56,817 bases of DNA from an uncultured marine group III euryarchaeote (lineage in GTDB: Archaea; Thermoplasmatota; Poseidoniia; MGIII; CG-Epi1): positions 1 through 56,817 of the forward strand of contig CACAGG010000002.1 in assembly GCA_902531985.1 (NCBI GenBank), in the 5' to 3' direction. Made by a program: the position numbers and the translations under genes. The notes beneath the pieces are model-generated. The model was not told the DNA's origin and did no database searches. It worked only from the letters and a program-made list of their open reading frames with translations. Below are positions 26,191 through 35,714 of this stretch, in pieces (position 1 is the first letter of the stretch; each line of letters opens with the position of its first letter).

Positions 26191-26868
26191 TTAAAAATCT
26201 CTCATTTTAGTTACTAAAAACCACAAATTCCAAATTCCGTCTTCCCAAGTATTTAGTTTAACTTCACCAACCCGTGCGTGAAATGGTACTGGAATTTCAA
26301 CAGCTCTTAAGCCTCTTTTGAAAGCTTCAATTTTAAATTCCTCGGATAAAGGCATACCGTCGCTAGTCAGTTTAACTTTAGAAATAACTTCTTTCTTGAA
26401 AACCCACATTCCACTCTGAGAATCTGTGATATTTATTCCGTGGAATAAATTAGTTCCAAAAGTTAGTCCCCAATTACCTATTTGGTGAGTAATGGTCATT
26501 GCATCAGAGTCCATTTTATCTAATCGATTGCAAGTTACGAAATCAAGATTATTATTTATTAAAAAAGCTAAAACATGAGGTATCTTATCAGCTGGATATG
26601 TAGTATCACCATCTATAGTAGCTACATAATCAGTATCTATAAGACTGAAGCCCGTTTTGTATGCTCGTCCGTAGCCTTTCCTAGGTTCGTTATGAACAAT
26701 TGCTCCTCTTTTTTCAGCTTCCTCTGCAGTATTATCTGTTGAATTACCATCTACAATCAAAACTTTTACATCAAGCCAAGGTAAGTTGCGAGGTATTTGA
26801 TCAATAGTAGGACCTATAGATTCTCCCTCATTTAATGTTGGAATGATTACAGTTAGGCTTATTGCCAT
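26191..26868 (-). CDS. Family 2 glycosyltransferase (dolichyl-phosphate hexose synthase-like)
   Basis: Contains VIIPTLNE, VDGNSTDNT and the DxD-like IDGDTTYP. Length is 225 aa. Confidence 0.85.
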   Translation of the reverse strand: MAISLTVIIPTLNEGESIGPTIDQIPRNLPWLDVKVLIVDGNSTDNTAEEAEKRGAIVHNEPRKGYGRAYKTGFSLIDTDYVATIDGDTTYPADKIPHVLAFLINNNLDFVTCNRLDKMDSDAMTITHQIGNWGLTFGTNLFHGINITDSQSGMWVFKKEVISKVKLTSDGMPLSEEFKIEAFKRGLRAVEIPVPFHARVGEVKLNTWEDGIWNLWFLVTKMRDF

Positions 26869-26919
26869 ATTAAGTTGTATGGAGCTCTGGTTTTAAGACC
26901 AACTGTGTTTTAGGCAATT

Positions 26920-27108
26920 ATGAATTTGTTATTCAAGCAAGTTGGCTCATCGTTTTTTTTGTTAATAGGTCTAATTGCTGCCTTATCTTGGTATGAATGG
27001 AAAGATTCCCCTTTGTGGGTATTATTTGTAGGAATTTCCTGTATTTTTGTGGGAGTTGTTGGTGCAGTGTTAACAATTCTGCAATCAGAAGAGGAAAAGA
27101 GTTCTTAG
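26920..27108 (+). CDS. Small two-TM membrane protein (62 aa), function unknown
   Basis: Two hydrophobic helices sit upstream of pyrD. The call rests only on ORF presence and hydrophobicity. Confidence 0.4.
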   Translation: MNLLFKQVGSSFFLLIGLIAALSWYEWKDSPLWVLFVGISCIFVGVVGAVLTILQSEEEKSS

Positions 27109-27152
27109 TTCCATTAACCTTATATCGAACCAGTTATCGACTTACTTTTTAG

Positions 27153-28268
27153 ATGAGCTTGCTTTATAGAACAATCCTTCGACCGGCAGTTTTTTTGCAG
27201 GATTCTGAAAAAGCACATTCACGAATATTGTCAGTTTTATCAGGAATGTCTCGGTCTAGACTTTCATTATCCTTGCTTGGAACTCTTTACCGTTCACCAG
27301 AACTTCCGGTAAAGCTTTTCAATCTTGATTTTCCAAATCCAATTGGAGTTGCAGCAGGCATGGATAAGAATGGAAGTGCAGTACCTTCATGGCAATCGAT
27401 AGGTTATGGATTTTGTGAAATAGGGGGAGTGACTCTTCACGAACAGCCCGGAAATCCAAAACCCAGGATGTTTAGAGCAACTAAAGATAAAGCCTTAATC
27501 AATAGAATGGGATTCAATAATATTGGAGCTAATGCCCTTCAGGAAAAATTACGATACTGGAAAGATAAAGGACTCTGGCCAGATTCGCCAGTAGGCATCA
27601 ATTTAGGAAAATCTAAGATAACTCCACTAGAAGACGCACCCTCAGATTATGCAGGTTCAATTAAGATATTATGGAAGCATGCGGATTTTTTTGTAATAAA
27701 TGTAAGCTCACCGAATACACCAGGGCTTAGAGATCTTCAAGAATCTAAGAATTTAGAATTAGTAATAAAGAAATGTTGTGAAATGAACAAGGAATGCTCT
27801 GAAGAGAATGATAGTACAGAAAAGCCTCTTTTAGTCAAAATAGCTCCTGAATTAGATGAGGGGTTCTTAGATGATATAGTGGAATTAGTAAAAAAGCATC
27901 AGCTTTCAGGAATTGTAGCAACCAATACAACAATTGATAGGCCAGAAGCAAAGCACTTCTCATCACAAAAAATTTACAAGGAAGTAGGAGGTCTAAGTGG
28001 AGCTCCGCTCAAAGATAAAAGTACGGATATAATACGTAAAATTTACAAATTAACAAATGGAAAAGTCCCAATAATTGGAGTTGGTGGCATTCTTACAGCA
28101 GATGATGCCTGGGAAAAAATAACTGCAGGTGCTTCAATTCTTCAACTTTATACAGGTCTTGTGTTTGAAGGTCCTTCAATAGCAAAAAATATAGTTAAGG
28201 GTTTGAATAAGAGGCTTAAAGCTGAAGGCTTTGAATCTGTTAGTGATGCAGTTGGAATTAATGCTTGA
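27153..28268 (+). CDS. pyrD: Dihydroorotate dehydrogenase, class 2 (quinone-dependent) type
   Basis: The N-terminal amphipathic extension (LYRTILRPAVFLQDSEKAH) is typical of class 2. Other motifs are GVAAGMDKNG, GFCEIGGVT, NRMGFNN, NVSSPNTPGLR (catalytic Ser rather than Cys), VKIAP and GVGGI. Confidence 0.9.
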   Translation: MSLLYRTILRPAVFLQDSEKAHSRILSVLSGMSRSRLSLSLLGTLYRSPELPVKLFNLDFPNPIGVAAGMDKNGSAVPSWQSIGYGFCEIGGVTLHEQPGNPKPRMFRATKDKALINRMGFNNIGANALQEKLRYWKDKGLWPDSPVGINLGKSKITPLEDAPSDYAGSIKILWKHADFFVINVSSPNTPGLRDLQESKNLELVIKKCCEMNKECSEENDSTEKPLLVKIAPELDEGFLDDIVELVKKHQLSGIVATNTTIDRPEAKHFSSQKIYKEVGGLSGAPLKDKSTDIIRKIYKLTNGKVPIIGVGGILTADDAWEKITAGASILQLYTGLVFEGPSIAKNIVKGLNKRLKAEGFESVSDAVGINA

Positions 28269-31200
28269 TTACTCTCTAATAACGAACTGAGCTTGACACA
28301 TAGGGCATCCAACCTGAATTGGTCTCTGGTCTGTTGTTATAGTTATCAAACCAGAACAATTAGGACATTGAAGGTTTACCGATTCAGGAGCAGCTTCCTC
28401 CCAATTTCCCCAATCATCTTCTTCTTCATTTCTAAAGTATCTTAGTCCAACAACACCCAGTAATCCAAGAACTACTGCAGCTCCACTGCCATAAAGGAGT
28501 AAATTGCTGCCATCTTCACTTTCTCCATTATTAGTTAATAAATTTTCTTCCACTATTACACTTCCTTGCCATGTATTTATTCCTCCCAAATTATCAGTAA
28601 CTGTTAATGTAATAGTATATGAAGTTGCAATCTCAAAAATGTAATCAAATTGTTGTTGAGCATTGTTAAATGGTAGAGTAACACCACTACTATCTATATT
28701 CCATCTGAAAGAAACTATGTTTCCGTCAGAATCATAAGAATTCATACCATCAAATGTTATTTGATCGCCTATGTTCACTATATTGACCAATGAATTGCTT
28801 CTTAATATTCCATTAACTGAAATAGTAGCTAAGGCTACAGGCACTATGTTTTCTTCTTCAGGCTCTTGGACATAAGCATATTTGCTTATTGTTTCAGTAC
28901 TATCTTCTATTTCAGCACTTAATTCAATACTACCTATTTCGTAGGGAGTCCATGTAAATACTATATAATTTTCTTGACCTGAAGATATTTCAATACTCTC
29001 TTGATGAATCATGTTTCCATCAGCATATGTTGAAACAATGGTATTTCCATCTTTACCTCCACTATTTTCTAGAGTTACAGTAATGGTCGTTTCTTCACCT
29101 TGATATAATGGATCATTCCATGAAATACTTTTAAATTCAAAATTTTCTTTAGGTTCTTCTATTTCTATGTCCTTCGTTACTTCATTATTATCTTCGGTAG
29201 TTTCTACAGGATCGGAATTGTCTAATTTAACTTTCACAGTATGTGTTCCTTTTATCGCATTCCATGCATAACTCAAAGATTTAGAAGATTCAGAGCTTAT
29301 TTGTTCATTCCCATTATCAACGGTTTCTCCATCAATCATCAATTCATAGTCTATTGCTCCACTTGTTTTTCCAAGATTTAATATTTCGAAATTAATTGTA
29401 ATCTCCTGCCCTTCCTCTAAGCTTCCTTCGAAGTTAATATTTGCAGGGGAAAAATCAGGTTCATCTGGAGGAGGACTTACGTCTATTGTAAACGTCCTTT
29501 CATCATTGTTACTATTTTGATCTTCGGGTTCTATGCTGACTAGCCTTGCAAGTAATTCACTTTCTCCTTCTATTGCATTCCATTCACCAGTAATAGTAAC
29601 TTCATTTTCCGCTTCGATTTCGGTTCCTTCTAGAGTAGCAAATTTATCATTATCATCATACCATCTAAGTTCAAAGTCGGTAGCCATTTCAGTTCCTTGA
29701 TTTTTAATTTTGGCATAGATGCTAATGTACTCATTGTGGGTAGGGTCGGAGTCATCAGTCCAAACATCAATAATCGCTAAATCAACGCCTTCAGCAGGCG
29801 CCTCGCTAACGGATACTTGTTCTATTGCAATGTTGTTATCTAAGTCATTTTCAGAGGGTTCTACATCATAAACTGTAACTTCGATATCATAATCACCCTC
29901 ATTAGGCATCCAATCGTAAGTCCAAGTTATATCAGAATCAACATCAATTGTTCCCAATGATTCAGTTTCAAGTTCTTCATCATTCGCAATTATCCTTATA
30001 GATGAATCATCTATGTCCATTGTTCCCTGATTTTCTATGTCTACTGTGATAGTCACAGTGTCTCCTTCAACCGGCTCATTTGGTGTAATGCTGATACTTG
30101 TAATGATTGCATCAGGTTGGTTGATATCAACAATCTCGTATCCATCAATGTATCCATAACCATAGTAGTAGTTGTATTTGTCACTTTCATCAGGTTCAGA
30201 TGCACTGCCATCGTGTTCACCATTCCAAGCTTCAGAATAGTCTTGCAGTCTATCTCTAACACCATTAGAGTTTGAGGTAGGAGCTAATGACCCATCAGCC
30301 TCGAGAAGTAATGCAGCCAATCCAGCTACAATAGGAGTAGCCATGCTAGTTCCGCTAAGTGTTGACCAGCCTTGTGCATTACTACTTCCAAAAAGGTTAG
30401 CATGACCTGCGGCAGCCCTTATATTACTTCCAGGAGCTACTACAGAAGGTTTTAGCTCATCCCATCTATCATCATCGCCGTCACTTTGCCTTGGACCGTA
30501 ATTACTGTAACTTGCTAAATCATCATTGTTCCTAGTTACATCTTCACTGTTATCCATAGCGCCGACAGCAATACTCCAGTCTGCAGCAGCAGGTGAAGGC
30601 ACTTCTTCGTCACCATCATTCCCCATCGCAATAATCACGGCAATTCCAGCAGCATTTGCTTGATTTACCAATTGAGATTGAGAATCAGTTCCATCACTAT
30701 CACTAGTTGTTCCCAATGACATTGACATTATTTGTATTCCATTATTCTTCTCACCATCATCTTCCCAATCAGTATTTACATTTTCAATACAAGCTTCAAT
30801 AGCTTCATTTATGTCAGCACTTGAACCGGATCCCCAATCAGCCATTACTTTCATATCAATTAATCTTGCTCCAGGAGCGACTCCTACATAGTCAGGTTCA
30901 CCGTCTCCATCTTCGTCATCATCTCCACCAGTTCCCAAAACAGTAGAGGCCACATGAGTTCCGTGTCCATCAAAGTCATCAGGATCTTCATTACTATCTT
31001 CTTCAGTTGTAAATTCGTAATTTCCCTGATCGTCCGTTGGACAGCCTCCATCACAATTCATTCCAGCGATAAATCTTCTAACACCTTGATCTTCATAGAC
31101 TCCAAAAGTTTCATGCTCATTATCAACTCCAGTGTCTAAGACAGCTACATTGATGCCTTCTCCATACAATCCCTTGTCCCAGACAACTGGAGAATACTCA

Positions 31201-31598
31201 TCAGAGTTTCTTACTTTGATAGCTTTCACGGCAGTATCTAGCATAGGATAGACAGGTGCTTGCCACTCAATAAGTTTTAAATCAGAAATTTTAGTCAAAT
31301 CATATATTTTCTCATGAGCTACATTATCGATACGTATAGCATTAATGTACTTGTAAATGTGATCTATTTCAAGGCCTATATTTTGTATTTGAGCAATGTG
31401 TTCTGTATTAGGCTCATACTCAAATATAAGTATAACACTTACATCTGCGCCATTACTCAGCAGATGATTCATTCTATCATCTATACCGTCTGCGTTTTGG
31501 TCAAAAAAACTCTTTTCGAATAGGACTTCTTCTGATACAGCTGCGTTAGGTATTAACGCGCTTAAAATTAAAATCAATGCTACAAGTGCCCCTCTCAT
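28269..31598 (-). CDS. Secreted/membrane-anchored subtilisin-like serine protease (S8) with a propeptide, multiple CARDB-like repeats, a PKD-like domain, a TM anchor and a cytoplasmic zinc-ribbon tail
   Basis: It has a signal peptide and the catalytic triad contexts VAVLDTGVD, HGTHVAST and GTSMATPIVAG. Repeated beta-sandwich modules end in E..D.NN/N.NN motifs. The C-terminal TM helix (AAVVLGLLGVVGL) is followed by RYFR and CPNC-x17-CPMC. Confidence 0.9.
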   Translation of the reverse strand: MRGALVALILILSALIPNAAVSEEVLFEKSFFDQNADGIDDRMNHLLSNGADVSVILIFEYEPNTEHIAQIQNIGLEIDHIYKYINAIRIDNVAHEKIYDLTKISDLKLIEWQAPVYPMLDTAVKAIKVRNSDEYSPVVWDKGLYGEGINVAVLDTGVDNEHETFGVYEDQGVRRFIAGMNCDGGCPTDDQGNYEFTTEEDSNEDPDDFDGHGTHVASTVLGTGGDDDEDGDGEPDYVGVAPGARLIDMKVMADWGSGSSADINEAIEACIENVNTDWEDDGEKNNGIQIMSMSLGTTSDSDGTDSQSQLVNQANAAGIAVIIAMGNDGDEEVPSPAAADWSIAVGAMDNSEDVTRNNDDLASYSNYGPRQSDGDDDRWDELKPSVVAPGSNIRAAAGHANLFGSSNAQGWSTLSGTSMATPIVAGLAALLLEADGSLAPTSNSNGVRDRLQDYSEAWNGEHDGSASEPDESDKYNYYYGYGYIDGYEIVDINQPDAIITSISITPNEPVEGDTVTITVDIENQGTMDIDDSSIRIIANDEELETESLGTIDVDSDITWTYDWMPNEGDYDIEVTVYDVEPSENDLDNNIAIEQVSVSEAPAEGVDLAIIDVWTDDSDPTHNEYISIYAKIKNQGTEMATDFELRWYDDNDKFATLEGTEIEAENEVTITGEWNAIEGESELLARLVSIEPEDQNSNNDERTFTIDVSPPPDEPDFSPANINFEGSLEEGQEITINFEILNLGKTSGAIDYELMIDGETVDNGNEQISSESSKSLSYAWNAIKGTHTVKVKLDNSDPVETTEDNNEVTKDIEIEEPKENFEFKSISWNDPLYQGEETTITVTLENSGGKDGNTIVSTYADGNMIHQESIEISSGQENYIVFTWTPYEIGSIELSAEIEDSTETISKYAYVQEPEEENIVPVALATISVNGILRSNSLVNIVNIGDQITFDGMNSYDSDGNIVSFRWNIDSSGVTLPFNNAQQQFDYIFEIATSYTITLTVTDNLGGINTWQGSVIVEENLLTNNGESEDGSNLLLYGSGAAVVLGLLGVVGLRYFRNEEEDDWGNWEEAAPESVNLQCPNCSGLITITTDQRPIQVGCPMCQAQFVIRE

Positions 31599-31637
31599 TA
31601 CATATTACAGCTTCATACGTCTAATAAAAGTATTGGA

Positions 31638-34184
31638 TTATTCTATTCTTCGTTGATATATTAGATATGTTATTCCGATAAGACTTAATCCTACGAAAAT
31701 AAAAGATATAATATTTCTATTTTCAGGGATATTATTGTTTATGTCAATTTGAATTTTTACTTCAGCAGTTATGTTTGGATTACCAATGCTATTAACTGTA
31801 AATTGAGCATTGTATTGTTTTGACTCATTTCCTTTTAGCCCTAATCCTTTTATTTCAATTTCTTCGAAAGCTTCAATTAAAAAATATGTTTCAGTAAGGT
31901 AAAGATTAAGTCCACTGTCTAAATTTTTATCTAATTTAAAATGATCATTTCCATTTCCATTATTTGTTACAGTTATTATTACGTTATTATTTGTATTTTC
32001 AGCTTTTATTCCAACACCATAATATTGAGGTACGTTTACAGTAATATTTCCTTCACCAGATTTAATTCCATTACGGTCCACAAGATTGAATGGCACACGA
32101 TAATCTCCTGTCTCAGTATCTATCGGCGGTTTAATGCGAATTAATGTCTCACTTTCCTCTGCAGTATGATAAAAATTAGTACCTTCAAAATCCCAACCAT
32201 CTAACATGTCAGGCTCAATTGAAATATAATCCCATGCTTGTAATTCTTCGTTACTAATAATTAAGTTACTCTCTAGCCATGGAAATTCGTAATTATCACC
32301 TTCACTAATTTCCATTTCTAGGATATTTTTATTTTGTACAGATACTTCATAATTATGCCCTCCCTTAGGAAAAATATTAAATGAATAGTTTGTAAAATTA
32401 TTGCGTGGGTCAATTTCAAACTCATCTTCAGATTTTACAGCAATATCCAATACATATGCTCCAGTTTGAGCATTTATTACTTCAATTTCCCAAGTTTTAT
32501 ATTCTAATGGATTAATTTCATCAAATAAAAATGTTTTTTCTTCGCCATTACTGTCAATGCTAACAGTTACATTGTTAGAACTTACAGTACCTGTATTTTT
32601 GATATTACCTTTGATTGTAAAATTGTCACCGGCTTCTAAATTTCGTACTTGCCAATCAATATTTCCCCTATTCACATAAATTAGAGGCTGTTCAACACTT
32701 AAATCAGGCAGCTGTAGATTTATGAATAAAGTATTATCAACATAATGATCTTCTAAGAAGCCATTATTTCCGTAGAGACCTATTTCTAGCGAATAATTTC
32801 CTGATTTTGTGGGTTGGAGCAAAACATTCGAAATAATTCCGTTACTAATATTTCCTTCAAAATGGTTTGTGACAAATCCTGCAGAATTAATTAGATTAAT
32901 TTTTATGATAGATGCATTTCCACTATATGTTCCATTAATAGATACACTATCATTATAGCCAGTTCCAGTGTCCACACTCACTGAGTTAATTATTTCGAAG
33001 TTAGCACTTTTACTTATCCCATTTCCATATAATTCAATAAAATTATACCATTCATTTTCTTTAATTTTTAAGTCATCATATCCCTCTTTTATTCCATTTT
33101 CAGGAAAATAAATTGTGAGTCCATGAGCTCGATCTACGGAACGCTTTTCAGGTTTTTGCCAATGATCCTCAACAAGTACAGCTTCATCTATGGCTCTCTG
33201 CAGATTATCAGCATGTTCCTTTGTATCAATCATTGGTACATGTGTACCGATATTAGTTGCTAAATCATGCAAGTCTCTGTAATTGGGATTTTGGTCATAT
33301 CTCTGTGTGTCCTCACGGGCATTTCTAATTTCATTTTTGTAAACCGGTAAAATATTTTTCAATTTGTAACTAAAATTATCTAATGCATACCATAAATTAT
33401 CTAGTTTTGCAGTATCTACAACTGCCGCAGTAACAGAATAGCTAGTGTAAACTGAACCATTTCTATAAGATTCCACGTAATCATTAACAACATGTTCAGC
33501 CAGTACTGAATTATCTAATTCATCGTCAAGTTTGTAAAGTAAATGATTGTAAGTCCATCCTTCAAGAGGTTCATATGCTTCAGATCCATGCACCATTTCA
33601 CTTTGATCTTTTAATTCGTAAGCAATCTCAAACATACCCATTAGGCATGCATCAAATCCAATCATCGTTAGTTTGGAATGGCCGGTTTCATATCTATATT
33701 GCTCTAGAGACTCTCTAATTTCTGGTACAGTGAGATAGCTTTCTCTATCTTCGGCAACTTTTTCCCATCCGCTACCATGATTCCAGATAACTAGAATTCT
33801 TTTTTCAGCAGGATATTCAGTAGTTGCCCAAATCATAAAATCTCGAAGTGTTTCCCCTTCGCCCATATCTAGCTCATTTGTCCAAGTAGAATTTATTTCG
33901 TTTAGTGGAGTTTCTTCTAGACCATGCTTTACCACATGATAAGCATGTGAATCACCTACTGTAGCTTGATCAGTAATAGCTACAATTTCTAAATGATTGT
34001 TGGATCCAATCATTTTCATTTCATTCAAATCATCTTCAACTTCTTGGTAAAGGCTATTATCTCCGGCCATGTAAATGTAAATCCCCCATTTGGGAATTTC
34101 TTCGTTGTCATCGGCAAAAATATTGGGGTTAGCCTGGAATGCTAGAATTAGCGCTAACAGCAATGCAGAGGTCTTCCTCATCAA
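31638..34184 (-). CDS. Clostripain-like cysteine peptidase (C11 family) with CARDB-like repeats and a C-terminal TM anchor
   Basis: After a signal peptide come YIYMAGDNSL...DLNEM, the His context WNHGSGW and the Cys context GFDACLMG, all characteristic of peptidase C11. The C-terminus is IFVGLSLIGITYLIYQRRIE. Confidence 0.8.
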   Translation of the reverse strand: MMRKTSALLLALILAFQANPNIFADDNEEIPKWGIYIYMAGDNSLYQEVEDDLNEMKMIGSNNHLEIVAITDQATVGDSHAYHVVKHGLEETPLNEINSTWTNELDMGEGETLRDFMIWATTEYPAEKRILVIWNHGSGWEKVAEDRESYLTVPEIRESLEQYRYETGHSKLTMIGFDACLMGMFEIAYELKDQSEMVHGSEAYEPLEGWTYNHLLYKLDDELDNSVLAEHVVNDYVESYRNGSVYTSYSVTAAVVDTAKLDNLWYALDNFSYKLKNILPVYKNEIRNAREDTQRYDQNPNYRDLHDLATNIGTHVPMIDTKEHADNLQRAIDEAVLVEDHWQKPEKRSVDRAHGLTIYFPENGIKEGYDDLKIKENEWYNFIELYGNGISKSANFEIINSVSVDTGTGYNDSVSINGTYSGNASIIKINLINSAGFVTNHFEGNISNGIISNVLLQPTKSGNYSLEIGLYGNNGFLEDHYVDNTLFINLQLPDLSVEQPLIYVNRGNIDWQVRNLEAGDNFTIKGNIKNTGTVSSNNVTVSIDSNGEEKTFLFDEINPLEYKTWEIEVINAQTGAYVLDIAVKSEDEFEIDPRNNFTNYSFNIFPKGGHNYEVSVQNKNILEMEISEGDNYEFPWLESNLIISNEELQAWDYISIEPDMLDGWDFEGTNFYHTAEESETLIRIKPPIDTETGDYRVPFNLVDRNGIKSGEGNITVNVPQYYGVGIKAENTNNNVIITVTNNGNGNDHFKLDKNLDSGLNLYLTETYFLIEAFEEIEIKGLGLKGNESKQYNAQFTVNSIGNPNITAEVKIQIDINNNIPENRNIISFIFVGLSLIGITYLIYQRRIE

Positions 34185-34216
34185 TATTCGTTATTGGACG
34201 ACTATAAAAACTCTTT

Positions 34217-34789
34217 TTATGCTTCCAACTTAGTTTCTTTTTCTGTAAAATAGCTACTGTCATTGTAATCTCTTAAAGAACAATAGACGGGAAATCCAAT
34301 AAGTGAAAATGTAACTATGCTAGATAAGAGATGATAAATCATAAATGGAATTCCTAATACATAAACTAAGATGAGATTATCAATGGTATGTGTATAAGAA
34401 AGCCAAAATACGCCAAAATTGGTCCATGTATCATAAACTAGTGCGAAAATTATTCCTGAACTAGTAAACTTATACATAGTTCCAGAGCTGAATTTCCCTT
34501 CTATTGCCTTTTTGTATTTGGCAGTTATAAATGAAACTAGCATAAATCCTGAATATGTAAATAACAAAATCTTTGAAGAATTAAAATAACCAAGATATAA
34601 GTCACTAGCAATCATTATTGAGATTGTGACTATAAAAGACAGATAAATAGGTAAAAGCATTGATGCTAGAAAAACAGAGACCATTACAGTTTCGAAATTG
34701 TGATAATCGTGTAGGGCAATTCTACCAACAGACCCCATTAAAAATAATAAAATTGCGGTTGGCAAGACAGGTATTCTTAGTTTAGTCAC
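34217..34789 (-). CDS. Multi-pass membrane protein (about 5-6 TM), function unknown (possibly a small-solute transporter component)
   Basis: The call rests on the hydrophobicity pattern only. No motif is confidently recognised. Confidence 0.55.
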   Translation of the reverse strand: MTKLRIPVLPTAILLFLMGSVGRIALHDYHNFETVMVSVFLASMLLPIYLSFIVTISIMIASDLYLGYFNSSKILLFTYSGFMLVSFITAKYKKAIEGKFSSGTMYKFTSSGIIFALVYDTWTNFGVFWLSYTHTIDNLILVYVLGIPFMIYHLLSSIVTFSLIGFPVYCSLRDYNDSSYFTEKETKLEA

Positions 34790-34855
34790 TTTATAGCATT
34801 TAGACCCATCAATAAAAATAGTTCTGTGGTTTTTTAATTCTCTTTTGACTTTTGT

Positions 34856-35602
34856 TTAAGGCATAACTGCCCTTACCATATTTCTCCATATTACACCTTT
34901 TTCTCTATTAGAAATAGGATTAGCGGGGCTTGGATGAGGGATCTTTGTTATTTCTAAATTAGAAATTTGTTTTTTGGAAATTATTTTGTTCATCCTTTGT
35001 TCAGCATAATTTCCAACAGCAATAACTTTTTTCGCTTTTAAAGCATCAATCACTTCTAAAACAGTTGAATCACATAGTTCTAAAATATTTTTTGAAGCAC
35101 TTAATGGAAGCTTATCGGGAGTTATATTTTTACCAATTACATCAAACATCCATAGTGGAAAATGATTCATCACATAAATTTTAGAAAAAGCATTTTTTGG
35201 TTTTCCATAAATGTCTTTCACCAAGCTCCATATTCTTCTTCCGGAGATCTCAGGCTTATTACATTCTAAACCATAAACAATTCTCTTTGGATGCATTTCT
35301 TTCAATTTCTTTATTTTAATATTTTTTATCTTCAAATATTTTTCTACTTGTTCAGGACATCCGAATGGTATGCCTGTATTTCCCATACCATGTCCCGGAT
35401 TCATGCCTAGAATTACAGTTTTTGCACCAAGGCCGCCATATAACTCTATGTATTTTTTGTGAATCTCCCAAGCGTAATCCAATGGATTATATGTCAACTC
35501 AATATTGGGGCAATTGCGAGTTAGTTCCTTTCCTAGAATGGTTGCCTTGTCGCGGAGATTAGCAGAACAATCAAGTATTTTTTTAACGCATTTATTTTTC
35601 AT
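34856..35602 (-). CDS. smug1: SMUG1-type (family 3) uracil-DNA glycosylase
   Basis: By eye it is colinear with vertebrate SMUG1: YNPLDYA, motif 1 GMNPGHGMGNTGIPFG, HPKRIVYGLEC..PEISGRRIW, NITPDKLP, VGNYAEQR and motif 2 HPSPANP. Confidence 0.88.
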   Translation of the reverse strand: MKNKCVKKILDCSANLRDKATILGKELTRNCPNIELTYNPLDYAWEIHKKYIELYGGLGAKTVILGMNPGHGMGNTGIPFGCPEQVEKYLKIKNIKIKKLKEMHPKRIVYGLECNKPEISGRRIWSLVKDIYGKPKNAFSKIYVMNHFPLWMFDVIGKNITPDKLPLSASKNILELCDSTVLEVIDALKAKKVIAVGNYAEQRMNKIISKKQISNLEITKIPHPSPANPISNREKGVIWRNMVRAVMP

Positions 35603-35714
35603 TTTTACAGTTATACCGCCCTACCAATTTAAGATTGGATACGTATATTAATCTGTTATTTTTTTTCGACATTCTTTTATTAAGGGGCCTAATGCTGGAT
35701 ATTAGGCGATTGTA

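Noticed and set aside
35603-35714. A 112-bp divergent intergenic region with a T8 run (35659-35666) and AT-rich boxes was considered as a terminator or a regulatory RNA.
   Set aside because: Both flanking genes point away from it, so a terminator makes no sense here. It is most simply a bidirectional promoter region, and I cannot assign specific TATA/BRE elements with confidence.
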